Positions 12,814-27,024 of a stretch of DNA of 64,000 bases are shown piece by piece (within the stretch, counting starts at the first letter, position 1; every line of letters starts with the position of its first letter). Source of the stretch: the human T2T-CHM13v2.0 reference genome, Homo sapiens. The notes below the pieces were generated by a model. It saw only the letters and a program-made list of their open reading frames with translations. It had not been told where the DNA came from and made no database searches. The stretch lies in the NCBI GenBank assembly GCA_009914755.4, contig CP086569.2, positions 28,960,001-29,024,000 on the forward strand. Direction: 5' to 3'. Position numbers and translations under genes: made by a program.

Positions 12814-15800
12814 TTGCATTCTATTCGAGTGATTTCCATTCGAGTCCTTTCCATTCGATTCCATTCCATTCTATTCCATTCCTTTGGATTCCATTCCATT
12901 CCGTTCCGTTCACATCAATTCCTTGCGATTCCATTACATTCGATTTCTTGCCATTCGATTCCATTCCTTTTGACTCCATTTCATTCGATTCCATTCCATT
13001 CCATTAATTTCCATTCCATTCGAGACCTTTCCATTGCAGTCTTTTCCCTTCGAGTCCATTCCGTTCGATTCCCTTCCATTCGATTCCATTCCATTGGAGT
13101 CCGTACCAGTCGAGTCCATTCTATTCCAGTCCATTAGTTTCGACTCCATTGCATTCGAGTGCATTCCATTCCGTGGCTGTCCATTCCATTCCGTTTGATG
13201 CCATTCCATACGATTCCATTCAATTCGAGACCATTCTATTCCTGTCCATTCCTTGTGGTTCGATTCCATTTCACTCTAGTCCATTCCATTCCATTCAATT
13301 CCATTCGACTCTATTCCGTTCCATTCAATTCCATTCCATTCGATTCCATTTTTGTCGAGAACCTTCCATTACACTCCCTTCCATTCCAGTGCATTCCATT
13401 CCAGTCTCTTCAGTTCGATTCCATTCCATTCGTTTCGATTCCTTTCCATTCCAGCCCATTCCATTCCATTCCATTCATTTCCTTTCCGTTTCATTAGATT
13501 CCATTGCATTCGATTCCATTCAATTCAATTCCGTGCTATTCAATTTGATTCATTTCCATTTAATTCCATTCCATTAGATTCCATTCCGTACGATTCCATT
13601 CCTTTTGAATCCATTCCATTGGAGCCCATTCACTTCCAGAACATTCCATTACAGTCGAATCCATTCGAGTACATTCAATTAAAGTTCATTACATTCTAAT
13701 ACATTCCATTCCATTGCATTCCATTCCATTCCATTCGATGCCATTCGATTCCATTCCATGCCAAATCATTGCATTCCTTTCCATTCCGTTCCTATCAATT
13801 CCATTCCATTCGATTTAGTTCGATTCTATTCACTTCCATTCCATTCCATTCCATTCCATTGGAGTCAATTCCTTCCGACACCCAGCCTTTCCAGTCAATG
13901 ATTTTGGATTCCATTTTTTTGCATTCCATTACATTCTATGACATTCGATTCCGTTTCATTGCATTCCATTCCATACATTTTTATTCCATTCGAGACCATA
14001 GCATTCCACTTTATTCCAGGCCTGTCCATTACACTACATTCCCTTCCATTCCAATGAATTCCATTCCATTCCAATCCATTCCTTTCCTTTCGCTTGCATT
14101 CCATTCTATTCCCTTCTACTGCATACAATTTCACTCCATTCGTTCCCATTCCATTCAATTCCATTCCATTCAATTCCATTCCATTTGTTTCCATTCTCTT
14201 CGATTCCATTTCTTTATATTCCATGCCATTCGATTCCATTCTATTGGATTGCATTACTTTCGTGTTCATTCCATTCCAGACCATTCCATTTGACTCCATT
14301 CCTTTCGAGCCCTTTCAATTTGAGTCCATTCCTTTCCAGTCCATTTCACTCCAGTCCATTACTATCCATTCCATACCATTCCATCCCATTCCATCCCATT
14401 CCATTCCATTCCATTCCATTCCATTCCATTCCATTGCATTCCATTCCATTCCATTCCATTCCACTGCACTCCATTCCATTACATTCTACTCTATCTGAGT
14501 CGATTTTATTGCATTAGATTCTATTCCATTGGATTACTTTCCATTCGATTACATTCCATTCATGTACATTCCATTCCAGTCAATTACATTCGAGTTCATT
14601 ACGTTACATTCCAGTATATTCCATTGTATTCGATCCCATTCCTTTCAATTCCATTTCATTCGACTCCATTATATTCGATTCCATTCCACTCGAATCCATT
14701 CCATTAGAGGACATTCCATTCCAATGCATTCCATTCCATTCCATAGCATTCCATTGCATTCGATTCCATTCCATTTGATGCCATTCCATTTGATGCCATT
14801 CCATGACATTCCATTCCATTCGAGTCCATTCCGTTCCAATTCATTCCATTCCGTTTCATGAAATTCGAGTCCTTTCCAGTACATTTCATTCCAATCCCAT
14901 CCAATCCAATCTACTCCATTCAATTCCTTTCCATTCCATTTGATTAGATTCCATTGATTTGATTCCATTCAGTTTGATTCCATTCCGTGAAATTTCGTTC
15001 CATTCTATTCCATTGCATTACTTTCCATTCAATTCCATTCCATTTCATTTCAGTCCATTCGCTTCCTTTCCTTTCGATTCAATTCCATTTGATTCCACTC
15101 CATTCTATGCGATTTCATTCCAATCGATTCAATTCCATTCGATGACATTCCTTTCGTTTCCATTCCATTCGAGTCCATTCAATTTGAGCATTCGTGTCCA
15201 TTCTATTCGAGTCCATTCCATTACCGTCTATTCTATTCCCTTCCATTCCTGTTGATTCAATTTCATTCCCTTCCATTCGATTCCTTTCCATTCGATTCCA
15301 TTCCTTTCCATTCCATTCCATTCGTTCCCATTCCATGTGATTTCATTCCATTCCAGTCCATTATATTCGAGTCCACTCCACTCCATTCTATTACATTCAA
15401 TTCCTTTTGAGTCCGTTCCATAACACTCCATTCATTTCGATTCCATTTCTTGCCAGTTTTCTTCCATTTTATTCCATTCCGTTCGATTCCATTCGATTGC
15501 ATTCCATTCGAATCCTTTCCATTCCATTTCATTCCATTCCTTTCTATTCCATTCCATTTCATTCGATTTGATTCCATTCTGTTCTATTCCATTCAATTCT
15601 TTTTCATTCCATTCGAATCCTTTCTATTGCAGTCCATTCCATTCGAGTCCATTCCAATCCCTTCCATTCCATTCCATTACAGTCCATTCCAATAGATTCC
15701 ATTCCTTTGCCTTCCATTCGAATCCATTCCATTCTAGTCCATTCCATTTGAGTCAATTCCATTCCATTCCATTCTATTCCTTTCCAATCCATTCGATTCC

Positions 15801-16372
15801 ATTCGATTCAATTCCATTTGATTCTCTTTCATTCTATTTTATTCCATGCCATTTGATTGCATTGCATTCCATTCCGTTTGATTCCAGTCCATTCAAGAAA
15901 GTTCCATTCCAGTCCATTGCTTTCCAGTCCATTCCATTCCACTCTAGTCTATTCCACTCCATTCCTTTCCATTCCATTCCATACTATTCCATTCCATTCC
16001 TTTGCATTCCGTTTGCAATCTATTCGAGTCCATTGCATTCCAGTCCAATCCATTCGATTACATTCCTTTTGATTCCCTGCCAGTCGATTGCATTGCATAC
16101 TACACCATTCCAAAGGAGTCCATTCCATTCTATCTCAACACTTTCCATTCCACTCTGTTCGAGTCCATTCCATTCCAGTCCATTTAATTCAAGGGCATTC
16201 CATTCCATTCCATTCCATTTCATATTATTCCATTCCATTCAATTCCATTCCAGATGATTCCATTCCATTCTATACCATTGCTCTCTGTTCCATTCCATTC
16301 CATCTGTCTCCATTCCTTTCGTTTCGATTCCTTTCCATTCCATTCCATTACATTTGATCCTATTTTATTAAA
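12814..16372 (+). repeat. HOR unit 5 (3559 bp)
   Basis: Anchor spacing. A 10-bp (2-pentamer) deletion at about 15490 (gttcgattcc|attcgattgc) relative to other units. Confidence 0.85.
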
Positions 16373-19300
16373 TTGCATTCTATTCGAGTGATTTCCATTC
16401 GAGTTCTTTCCATTCGATTCCATTCCTTTGGATTCCATTCCATTTCGTTCTGTTCACATCAATTCCTTACGATTCCATTACATTCGATTTCTTGCCATTC
16501 GATTCCATTCCTTTTGACTCCATTTCATTCGATTCCATTCCATTCCATTAATTTCCATTCCATTCGAGACCTTTCCATTGCAGTCTTTTCCCTTCGAGTC
16601 CATTCCGTTCGATTCCCTTCCATTCGATTCCATTCCATTGGAGTCCGTACCAGTCGAGTCCATTCTATTCCAGTCCATTAGTTTCGACTCCATTGCATTC
16701 GAGTGCATTCCATTCCGTGGCTGTCCATTCCATTCCGTTTGATGCCATTCCATACGATTCCATTCAATTCGAGACCATTCTATTCCTGTCCATTCCTTGT
16801 GGTTCGATTCCATTTCACTCTAGTCCATTCCATTCCATTCAATTACATTCGACTCTATTCCGTTCCATTCAATTCCATTCCGTTCGATTCCATTTTTGTC
16901 GAGAACCTTCCATTACACTCCCTTCCATTCCAGTGCATTCCATTCCAGTCTCTTCAGTTCGATTCCATTCCATTCGTTTCGATTCCTATCCATTCCAGCC
17001 CATTCCATTCCATTCCATTCCTTTCCTTTCCGTTTCATTAGATTCCATTGCATTCGATTCCATTCAATTCAATTCCGTGCTATTCAATTTGATTCATTTC
17101 CATTTGATTCCATTCCATTAGATTCCATTCCGTACGATTCCATTCCTTTTGAATCCATTCCGCTGGAGTCCATTCACTTCCAGAACATTCCATTACAGTC
17201 GAATCCATTCGAGGACATTCCATTAAAGTTCATTACATTCTAATACATTCCATTCCATTGCATTCCATTCCATTCCATTCGATGCCATTCGATTCCATTC
17301 CATGCCAAATCATTGCATTCCTTTCCATTCCGTTCCTATCAATTCCATTCCATTCGATTTAGTTCGATTCTATTCACTTCCATTCCATTCGATTCCATTC
17401 CATTGGAGTCAATTCCTTTCGACACCCAGCCTTTCCAGTCAATGATTTTGGAGTCCATTTTTTTGCATTCCATTACATTCTATGACATTCGATTCCGTTT
17501 CATTGCATTCCATTCCATACATTTTTATTCCATTCGAGACCGTAGCATTCCACTTTATTCCAGGCCTGTCCATTACACTACATTCCCTTCCATTCCAATG
17601 AATTCCATTCCATTCCAATCCATTCCTTTCCTTTCGCTTGCATTCCATTCTATTCTCTTCTACTGCATACAATTTCACTCCATTCGTTCCCATTCCATTC
17701 AATTCCATTCCATTCAATTCCATTCCATTTGTTTCCATTCTCTTCGATTCCATTTCTTTATATTCCATGCCATTCGATTCCATTCTATTGGATTGCATTA
17801 CATTCGTGTTCATTCCATTCCAGACCATTCCATTTGACTCCATTCCTTTCGAGCCCTTTCAATTTGAGTCCATTCCTTTCCAGTCCATTTCACTCCAGTC
17901 CATTACTATCCATTCCATACCTTTCCATCCCATTCCATTCCATTCCATTCCATTCCATTCCATTCCATTGCATTCCATTCCATTCCATTCCATTGCACTG
18001 CACTCCATTCCATTGCATTCTACTCTATCTGAGTCGATTTTATTGCGTTAGATTCTATTCCATTGGATTACTTTCCATTCGATTACATTTCATTCATGTA
18101 CATTCCATTCCAGTCAATTACATTCGAGTTCATTACATTACATTCCAGTATATTCCATTGTATTCTATCCCATTCCTTTCAATTCCATTTCATTCGACTC
18201 CATTATATTCGATTCCATTCCACTCGAATCCATTCCATTAGAGGACATTCCATTCCAATGCATTCCATTCCATTCCATAGCATTCCATTGCATTCGATTC
18301 CATTCCATTTGATGCCATTCCATTTGATGCCATTCCATGACATTCCATTCCATTCGAGTCCATTCCGTTCCAATTCATTCCATTCCGTTTCATGAAATTC
18401 GAGTCCTTTCCAGTACATTTCATTCCAAACCCATCCAATCCCATCTACTCCATTCAATTCCTTTCCATTCCATTTGATTATATTCCATTGATTTGATTCC
18501 ATTCAGTTTGATTCCATTCCGTGAAATTTCCTTCCATTCTCTTCCATTGCATTACTTTCCATTCAATTCCATTCCATTTCATTTCAGTCCATTCGCTTCC
18601 TTTCTTTTCGATTCAATTCCATTTGATTCCACTCCATTCTATGCGATTTCATTCCAATCGATTCAATTCCATTCGATGACATTCCTTTCGTTTCCATTCC
18701 ATTCGAGTCCATTCAATTTGAGCATTCGTGTCCATTCTATTCGAGTCCATTCCATTACCGTCTATTCTATTCCCTTCCATTCCTGTTGATTCAATTTCAT
18801 TCCCTTCCATTCGATTCCTTTCCATTCGATTCCATTCCTTTCCATTCCATTCCATTCGTTCCCATTCCATGTGATTTCATTCCATTCCAGTCCATTATAT
18901 TCGAGTCCACTCCACTCCATTCTATTACATTCAATTCCTTTTGAGTCCGTTCCATAACACTCCATTCATTTCGATTCCATTTCTTGCCAGTTTTCTTCCA
19001 TTTTATTCCATTCCGTTCGATTCCATTCCATTCGATTGCATTCCATTCGAATCCTTTCCATTCCATTTCATTCCATTCCTTTCTATTCCATTCCATTTCA
19101 TTCGATTTGATTCCATTCTGTTCTATTCCATTCAATTCTTTTTCATTCCATTCGAATCCTTTCTATTGCAGTCCATTCCATTCGAGTCCATTCCAATCCC
19201 TTCCATTCCATTCCATTACAGTCCATTCCAATAGATTCCATTCCTTTGCCTTCCATTCGAATCCATTCCATTCTAGTCCATTCCATTTGAGTCAATTCCA

Positions 19301-19916
19301 TTCCATTCCATTCTATTCCTTTCCAATCCATTCGATTCCATTCGATTCAATTCCATTTGATTCTCTTTCATTCTATTTTATTCCATGCCATTTGATTGCA
19401 TTGCATTCCATTCCGTTTGATTCCAGTCCATTCAAGAAACTTCCATTCCAGTCCATTGCTTTCCAGTCCATTCCATTCCACTCTAGTCTATTCCACTCCA
19501 TTCCTTTCCATTCCATTCCATACTATTCCATTCCATTCCTTTGCATTCCGTTTCCAATCTATTCGAGTCCATTGCATTCCAGTCCAATCCATTCGATTAC
19601 ATTCCTTTTGATTCCCTGCCAGTCGATTGCATTGCATACTACACCATTCCAAAGGAGTCCATTCCATTCTATCTCAACACTTTCCATTCCACTCTGTTCG
19701 AGTCCATTCTATTCCAGTCCATTTAATTCAAGGGCATTCCATTCCATTCCATTCCATTCCATTTCATATTATTCCATTCCATTCAATTCCATTCCAGATG
19801 ATTCCATTCCATTCTATACCATTGCTCTCTGTTCCATTCCATTCCATCTGTCTCCATTCCTTTCGTTTCGATTCCTTTCCATTCCATTCCATTCCATTTG
19901 ATCCTATTTTATTAAA
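16373..19916 (+). repeat. HOR unit 6 (3544 bp)
   Basis: Anchor spacing. Same 15-bp deletion near the unit start as unit 4. From about 17560 onward it is near-identical to unit 7. Confidence 0.85.
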
Positions 19917-22900
19917 TTGCATTCTATTCGAGTGATTTCCATTCGAGTCCTTTCCATTCGATTCCATTCCATTCTATTCCATTCCTTTGGATTCCATTCC
20001 ATTCCGTTCCGTTCACATCAATTCCTTGCGATTCCATTACATTCGATTTCTTCCCATTCGATTCCATTCCTTTTGACTCCATTTCAATCGATTCCATTCC
20101 ATTCCATTAATTTCCATTCCATTCGAGACCTTTCCATTACAGTCTTTTCCCTTCGAGTCCATTCCGTTCGATTCCCTTCCATTCGATTCCATTCCATTGG
20201 AGTCCGTACCAGTCGAGTCCATTCTATTCCAGTCCATTAGTTTCGACTCCATTGCATTCGAGTGCATTCCATTCCGTGGCTGTCCATTCCATTCCGTTTG
20301 ATGCCATTCCATACGATTCCATTCAATTCGAGACCATTCTATTCCTGTCCATTCCTTGTGGTTCGATTCCATTTCACTCTAGTCCATTCCATTCCATTCA
20401 ATTCCATTCGACTCTATTCCGTTCCATTCAATTCCATTCCATTCGATTCCATTTTTGTCGAGAACCTTCCATTACACTCCCTTCCATTCCAGTGCATTCC
20501 ATTCTAGTCTCTTCAGTTCGATTCCATTCCATTCGTTTCGATTCCTTTCCATTCCAGCCCATTCCATTCCATTCCATTCCTTTCCTTTCCGTTTCATTAG
20601 ATTCCATTGCATTCGATTCCATTCAATTCAATTCCGTGCTATTCAATTTGATTCATTTCCATTTAATTCCATTCCATTAGATTCCATTCCGTTCGATTCC
20701 ATTCCTTTTGAATCCATTCCATTGGAGTCCATTCACTTCCAGAACATTCCATTACAGTCGAATCCATTCGAGGACATTCCATTAAAGTTCATTACATTCT
20801 AATACATTCCATTCCATTGCATTCCATTCCATTCCATTCGATGCCATTCGATTCCATTCCATGCCAAATCATTGCATTCCTTTCCATTCCGTTCCTATCA
20901 ATTCCATTCCATTCGATTTAGTTCGATTCTATTCACTTCCATTCCATTCGATTCCATTCCATTGGAGTCAATTCCTTTCGACACCCAGTCTTTCCAGTCA
21001 ATGATTTTGGAGTCCATTTTTTTGCATTCCATTACATTCTATGACATTCGATTCCGTTTCATTGCATTCCATTCCATACATTTTTATTCCATTCGAGACC
21101 GTAGCATTCTGCTTTATTCCAGGCCTGTCCATTACACTACATTCCCTTCCATTCCAATGAATTCCATTCCATTCCAATCCATTCCTTTCCTTTCGCTTGC
21201 ATTCCATTCTATTCTCTTCTACTGCATACAATTTCACTCCATTCGTTCCCATTCCATTCAATTCCATTCCATTCAATTCCATTCCATTTGTTTCCATTCT
21301 CTTCGATTCCATTTCTTTATATTCCATGCCATTCGATTCCATTCTATTGGATTGCATTACATTCGTGTTCATTCCATTCCAGACCATTCCATTTGACTCC
21401 ATTCCTTTCGAGCCCTTTCAATTTGAGTCCATTCCTTTCCAGTCCATTTCACTCCAGTCCATTACTATCCATTCCATACCTTTCCATCCCATTCCATTCC
21501 ATTCCATTCCATTCCATTCCATTCCATTGCATTCCATTCCATTCCATTCCATTGCACTGCACTCCATTCCATTGCATTCTACTCTATCTGAGTCGATTTT
21601 ATTGCGTTAGATTCTATTCCATTGGATTACTTTCCATTCGATTACATTTCATTCATGTACATTCCATTCCAGTCAATTACATTCGAGTTCATTACATTAC
21701 ATTCCAGTATATTCCATTGTATTCTATCCCATTCCTTTCAATTCCATTTCATTCGACTCCATTATATTCGATTCCATTCCACTCGAATCCATTCCATTAG
21801 AGGACATTCCATTCCAATGCATTCCATTCCATTCCATAGCATTCCATTGCATTCGATTCCATTCCATTTGATGCCATTCCATTTGATGCCATTCCATGAC
21901 ATTCCATTCCATTCGAGTCCATTCCGTTCCAATTCATTCCATTCCGTTTCATGAAATTCGAGTCCTTTCCAGTACATTTCATTCCAAACCCATCCAATCC
22001 CATCTACTCCATTCAATTCCTTTCCATTCCATTTGATTATATTCCATTGATTTGATTCCATTCAGTTTGATTCCATTCCGTGAAATTTCCTTCCATTCTC
22101 TTCCATTGCATTACTTTCCATTCAATTCCATTCCATTTCATTTCAGTCCATTCGCTTCCTTTCTTTTCGATTCAATTCCATTTGATTCCACTCCATTCTA
22201 TGCGATTTCATTCCAATCGATTCAATTCCATTCGATGACATTCCTTTCGTTTCCATTCCATTCGAGTCCATTCAATTTGAGCATTCGTGTCCATTCTATT
22301 CGAGTCCATTCCATTACCGTCTATTCTATTCCCTTCCATTCCTGTTGATTCAATTTCATTCCCTTCCATTCGATTCCTTTCCATTCGATTCCATTCCTTT
22401 CCATTCCATTCCATTCGTTCCCATTCCATGTGATTTCATTCCATTCCAGTCCATTATATTCGAGTCCACTCCACTCCATTCTATTACATTCAATTCCTTT
22501 TGAGTCCGTTCCATAACACTCCATTCATTTCGATTCCATTTCTTGCCAGTTTTCTTCCATTTTATTCCATTCCGTTCGATTCCATTCCATTCGATTGCAT
22601 TCCATTCGAATCCTTTCCATTCCATTTCATTCCATTCCTTTCTATTCCATTCCATTTCATTCGATTTGATTCCATTCTGTTCTATTCCATTCAATTCTTT
22701 TTCATTCCATTCGAATCCTTTCTATTGCAGTCCATTCCATTCGAGTCCATTCCAATCCCTTCCATTCCATTCCATTACAGTCCATTCCAATAGATTCCAT
22801 TCCTTTGCCTTCCATTCGAATCCATTCCATTCTAGTCCATTCCATTTGAGTCAATTCCATTCCATTCCATTCTATTCCTTTCCAATCCATTCGATTCCAT

Positions 22901-23475
22901 TCGATTCAATTCCATTTGATTCTCTTTCATTCTATTTTATTCCATGCCATTTGATTGCATTGCATTCCATTCCGTTTGATTCCAGTCCATTCAAGAAACT
23001 TCCATTCCAGTCCATTGCTTTCCAGTCCATTCCATTCCACTCTAGTCTATTCCACTCCATTCCTTTCCATTCCATTCCATACTATTCCATTCCATTCCTT
23101 TGCATTCCGTTTCCAATCTATTCGAGTCCATTGCATTCCAGTCCAATCCATTCGATTACATTCCTTTTGATTCCCTGCCAGTCGATTGCATTGCATACTA
23201 CACCATTCCAAAGGAGTCCATTCCATTCTATCTCAACACTTTCCATTCCACTCTGTTCGAGTCCATTCTATTCCAGTCCATTTAATTCAAGGGCATTCCA
23301 TTCCATTCCATTCCATTCCATTTCATATTATTCCATTCCATTCAATTCCATTCCAGATGATTCCATTCCATTCTATACCATTGCTCTCTGTTCCATTCCA
23401 TTCCATCTGTCTCCATTCCTTTCGTTTCGATTCCTTTCCATTCCATTCCATTCCATTTGATCCTATTTTATTAAA
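19917..23475 (+). repeat. HOR unit 7 (3559 bp)
   Basis: Anchor spacing. Shares private variants (for example attgcGttag at about 21590 and 18040) with the flanking units. Confidence 0.85.
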
Positions 23476-26400
23476 TTGCATTCTATTCGAGTGATTTCCA
23501 TTCGAGTCCTTTCCATTCGATTCCATTCCATTCTATTCCATTCCTTTGGATTCCATTCCATTCCGTTCCGTTCACATCAATTCCTTGCGATTCCATTACA
23601 TTCGATTTCTTCCCATTCGATTCCATTCCTTTTGACTCCATTTCAATCGATTCCATTCCATTCCATTAATTTCCATTCCATTCGAGACCTTTCCATTACA
23701 GTCTTTTCCCTTCGAGTCCATTCCGTTCGATTCCCTTCCATTCGATTCCATTCCATTGGAGTCCGTACCAGTCGAGTCCATTCTATTCCAGTCCATTAGT
23801 TTCGACTCCATTGCATTCGAGTGCATTCCATTCCGTGGCTGTCCATTCCATTCCGTTTGATGCCATTCCATACGATTCCATTCAATTCGAGACCATTCTA
23901 TTCCTGTCCATTCCTTGTGGTTCGATTCCATTTCACTCTAGTCCATTCCATTCCATTCAATTCCATTCGACTCTATTCCGTTCCATTCAATTCCATTCCA
24001 TTCGATTCCATTTTTGTCGAGAACCTTCCATTACACTCCCTTCCATTCCAGTGCATTCCATTCTAGTCTCTTCAGTTCGATTCCATTCCATTCGTTTCGA
24101 TTCCTTTCCATTCCAGCCCATTCCATTCCATTCCATTCCTTTCCTTTCCGTTTCATTAGATTCCATTGCATTCGATTCCATTCAATTCAATTCCGTGCTA
24201 TTCAATTTGATTCATTTCCATTTAATTCCATTCCATTAGATTCCATTCCGTTCGATTCCATTCCTTTTGAATCCATTCCATTGGAGTCCATTCACTTCCA
24301 GAACATTCCATTACAGTCGAATCCATTCGAGGACATTCCATTAAAGTTCATTACATTCTAATACATTCCATTCCATTGCATTCCATTCCATTCCATTCGA
24401 TGCCATTCGATTCCATTCCATGCCAAATCATTGCATTCCTTTCCATTCCGTTCCTATCAATTCCATTCCATTCGATTTAGTTCGATTCTATTCACTTCCA
24501 TTCCATTCGATTCCATTCCATTGGAGTCAATTCCTTTCGACACCCAGTCTTTCCAGTCAATGATTTTGGAGTCCATTTTTTTGCATTCCATTACATTCTA
24601 TGACATTCGATTCCGTTTCATTGCATTCCATTCCATACATTTTTATTCCATTCGAGACCGTAGCATTCTGCTTTATTCCAGGCCTGTCCATTACACTACA
24701 TTCCCTTCCATTCCAATGAATTCCATTCCATTCCAATCCATTCCTTTCCTTTCGCTTGCATTCCATTCTATTCTCTTCTACTGCATACAATTTCACTCCA
24801 TTCGTTCCCATTCCATTCAATTCCATTCCATTCAATTCCATTCCATTTGTTTCCATTCTCTTCGATTCCATTTCTTTATATTCCATGCCATTCGATTCCA
24901 TTCTATTGGATTGCATTACATTCGTGTTCATTCCATTCCAGACCATTCCATTTGACTCCATTCCTTTCGAGCCCTTTCAATTTGAGTCCATTCCTTTCCA
25001 GTCCATTTCACTCCAGTCCATTACTATCCATTCCATACCATTCCATCCCATTCCATTCCATTCCATTCCATTCCATTGCATTCCATTCCATTCCATTCCA
25101 TTGCACTGCACTCCATTGCATTACATTCTACTCTATCGGAGTCGATTTTATTGCATTAGATTCTATTCCATTGGATTACTTTACGTTCGATTACATTCCA
25201 TTCATGTACATTCCATTCCAGTCAATTACATTCGAGTTCATTACATTACATTCCAGTATATTCCATTGTATTCGATCCCATTCCTTTCAATTCCATTTCA
25301 TTCGACTCCATTATATTCGATTCCATTCCACTCGAATCCATTCCATTAGAGGACATTCCATTCCAATGCATTCCATTCCATTCCATAACATTCCATTGCA
25401 TTCGATTCCATTCCATTTGATGCCATTCCATTTGATGCCATTCCATGACATTCCATTCCATTCGAGTCCATTCCGTTCCAATTCATTCCATTCCGTTTCA
25501 TGAAATTCGAGTCCTTTCCAGTACATTTCATTCCAATCCCATCCAATCCCATCTACTCCATTCAATTCCTTTCCATTCCATTTGATTATATTCCATTGAT
25601 TTGATTCCATTCAGTTTGATTCCATTCCGTGAAATTTCCTTCCATTCTCTTCCATTGCATTACTTTCCATTCAATTCCATTCCATTTCATTTCAGTCCAT
25701 TCGCTTCCTTTCTTTTCGATTCAATTCCATTTGATTCCACTCCATTCTATGCGATTTCATTCCAATCGATTCAATTCCATTCGATGACATTCCTTTCGTT
25801 TCCATTCCATTCGAGTCCATTCAATTTGAGCATTCGTGTCCATTCTATTCGAGTCCATTCCATTACCGTCTATTCTATTCCCTTCCATTCCTGTTGATTC
25901 AATTTCATTCCCTTCCATTCGATTCCTTTCCATTCGATTCCATTCCTTTCCATTCCATTCCATTCGTTCCCATTCCATGTGATTTCATTCCATTCCAGTC
26001 CATTATATTCGAGTCCACTCCACTCCATTCTATTACATTCAATTCCTTTTGAGTCCGTTCCATAACACTCCATTCATTTCGATTCCATTTCTTGCCAGTT
26101 TTCTTCCATTTTATTCCATTCCGTTCGATTCCGTTCCTTTCGATTGCATTCCATTCGATTGCATTCCATTCGAATCCTTTCCATTCCATTTCATTCCATT
26201 CCTTTCTATTCCATTCCATTTCATTCGATTTGATTCCATTCTGTTCTATTCCATTCAATTCTTTTTCATTCCATTCGAATCCTTTCTATTGCAGTCCATT
26301 CCATTCGAGTCCATTCCAATCCCTTCCATTCCATTCCATTACAGTCCATTCCAATAGATTCCATTCCTTTGCCTTCCATTCGAATCCATTCCATTCTAGT

Positions 26401-27024
26401 CCATTCCATTTGAGTCAATTCCATTCTATTCCTTTCCAATCCATTCGATTCCATTCGATTCAATTCCATTTGATTCTATTTCATTCTATTTTATTCCATG
26501 CCACTTGATCGCATTGCATTCCCTTCCGTTTGATTCCTGTCCATTCAAGAAAGTTCCATTCCAGTCCATTGCTTTCGAGTCCATTCCATTCCACTCTAGT
26601 CTATTCCACTCCATTCCTTTCCATCCCATTACATAATATTCCATTCCATTCCTTTGCATTCCGTTTCCAATCTATTCGAGTCCATTGCATTCCAGTCCAA
26701 TCCATTCGATTATATTCCTTTTGATTCCCTGCCAGTCGATTGCATTGCATACTAGACCATTCCAAACGAGTCCATTCCATTCTATTTCAACACTTTCCAT
26801 TCCACTCTGTTCGAGTCCATTCCATTCCAGTCCATTTAATTCAAGGGCATTCCATTCCATTCCATTCCATTTCATATTATTCCATTGCATTCAATTCCAT
26901 TCCAGATGATTCCATTCCATTCTATACCATTGCTCTCTGTTCCATTCCATTCCATCTGTCTCCATTCCTTTCGTTTCGATTCCTTTCCATTCCATTCCAT
27001 TACATTTGATCCTATTTTATTAAA
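23476..27024 (+). repeat. HOR unit 8 (3549 bp)
   Basis: Anchor spacing. Its 5' about 1.55 kb is near-identical to the start of unit 7. A 15-bp duplication at about 26130-26160 (cgattgcattccatt x2). Confidence 0.85.

Noticed and set aside
17560-25030. Assembly or collapse artefact as an explanation for the perfect 3559-bp tandem block
   Set aside because: This cannot be excluded from sequence alone. Both flanks diverge gradually rather than abruptly, which is compatible with a real recent duplication. It is reported as a finding, with that caveat.
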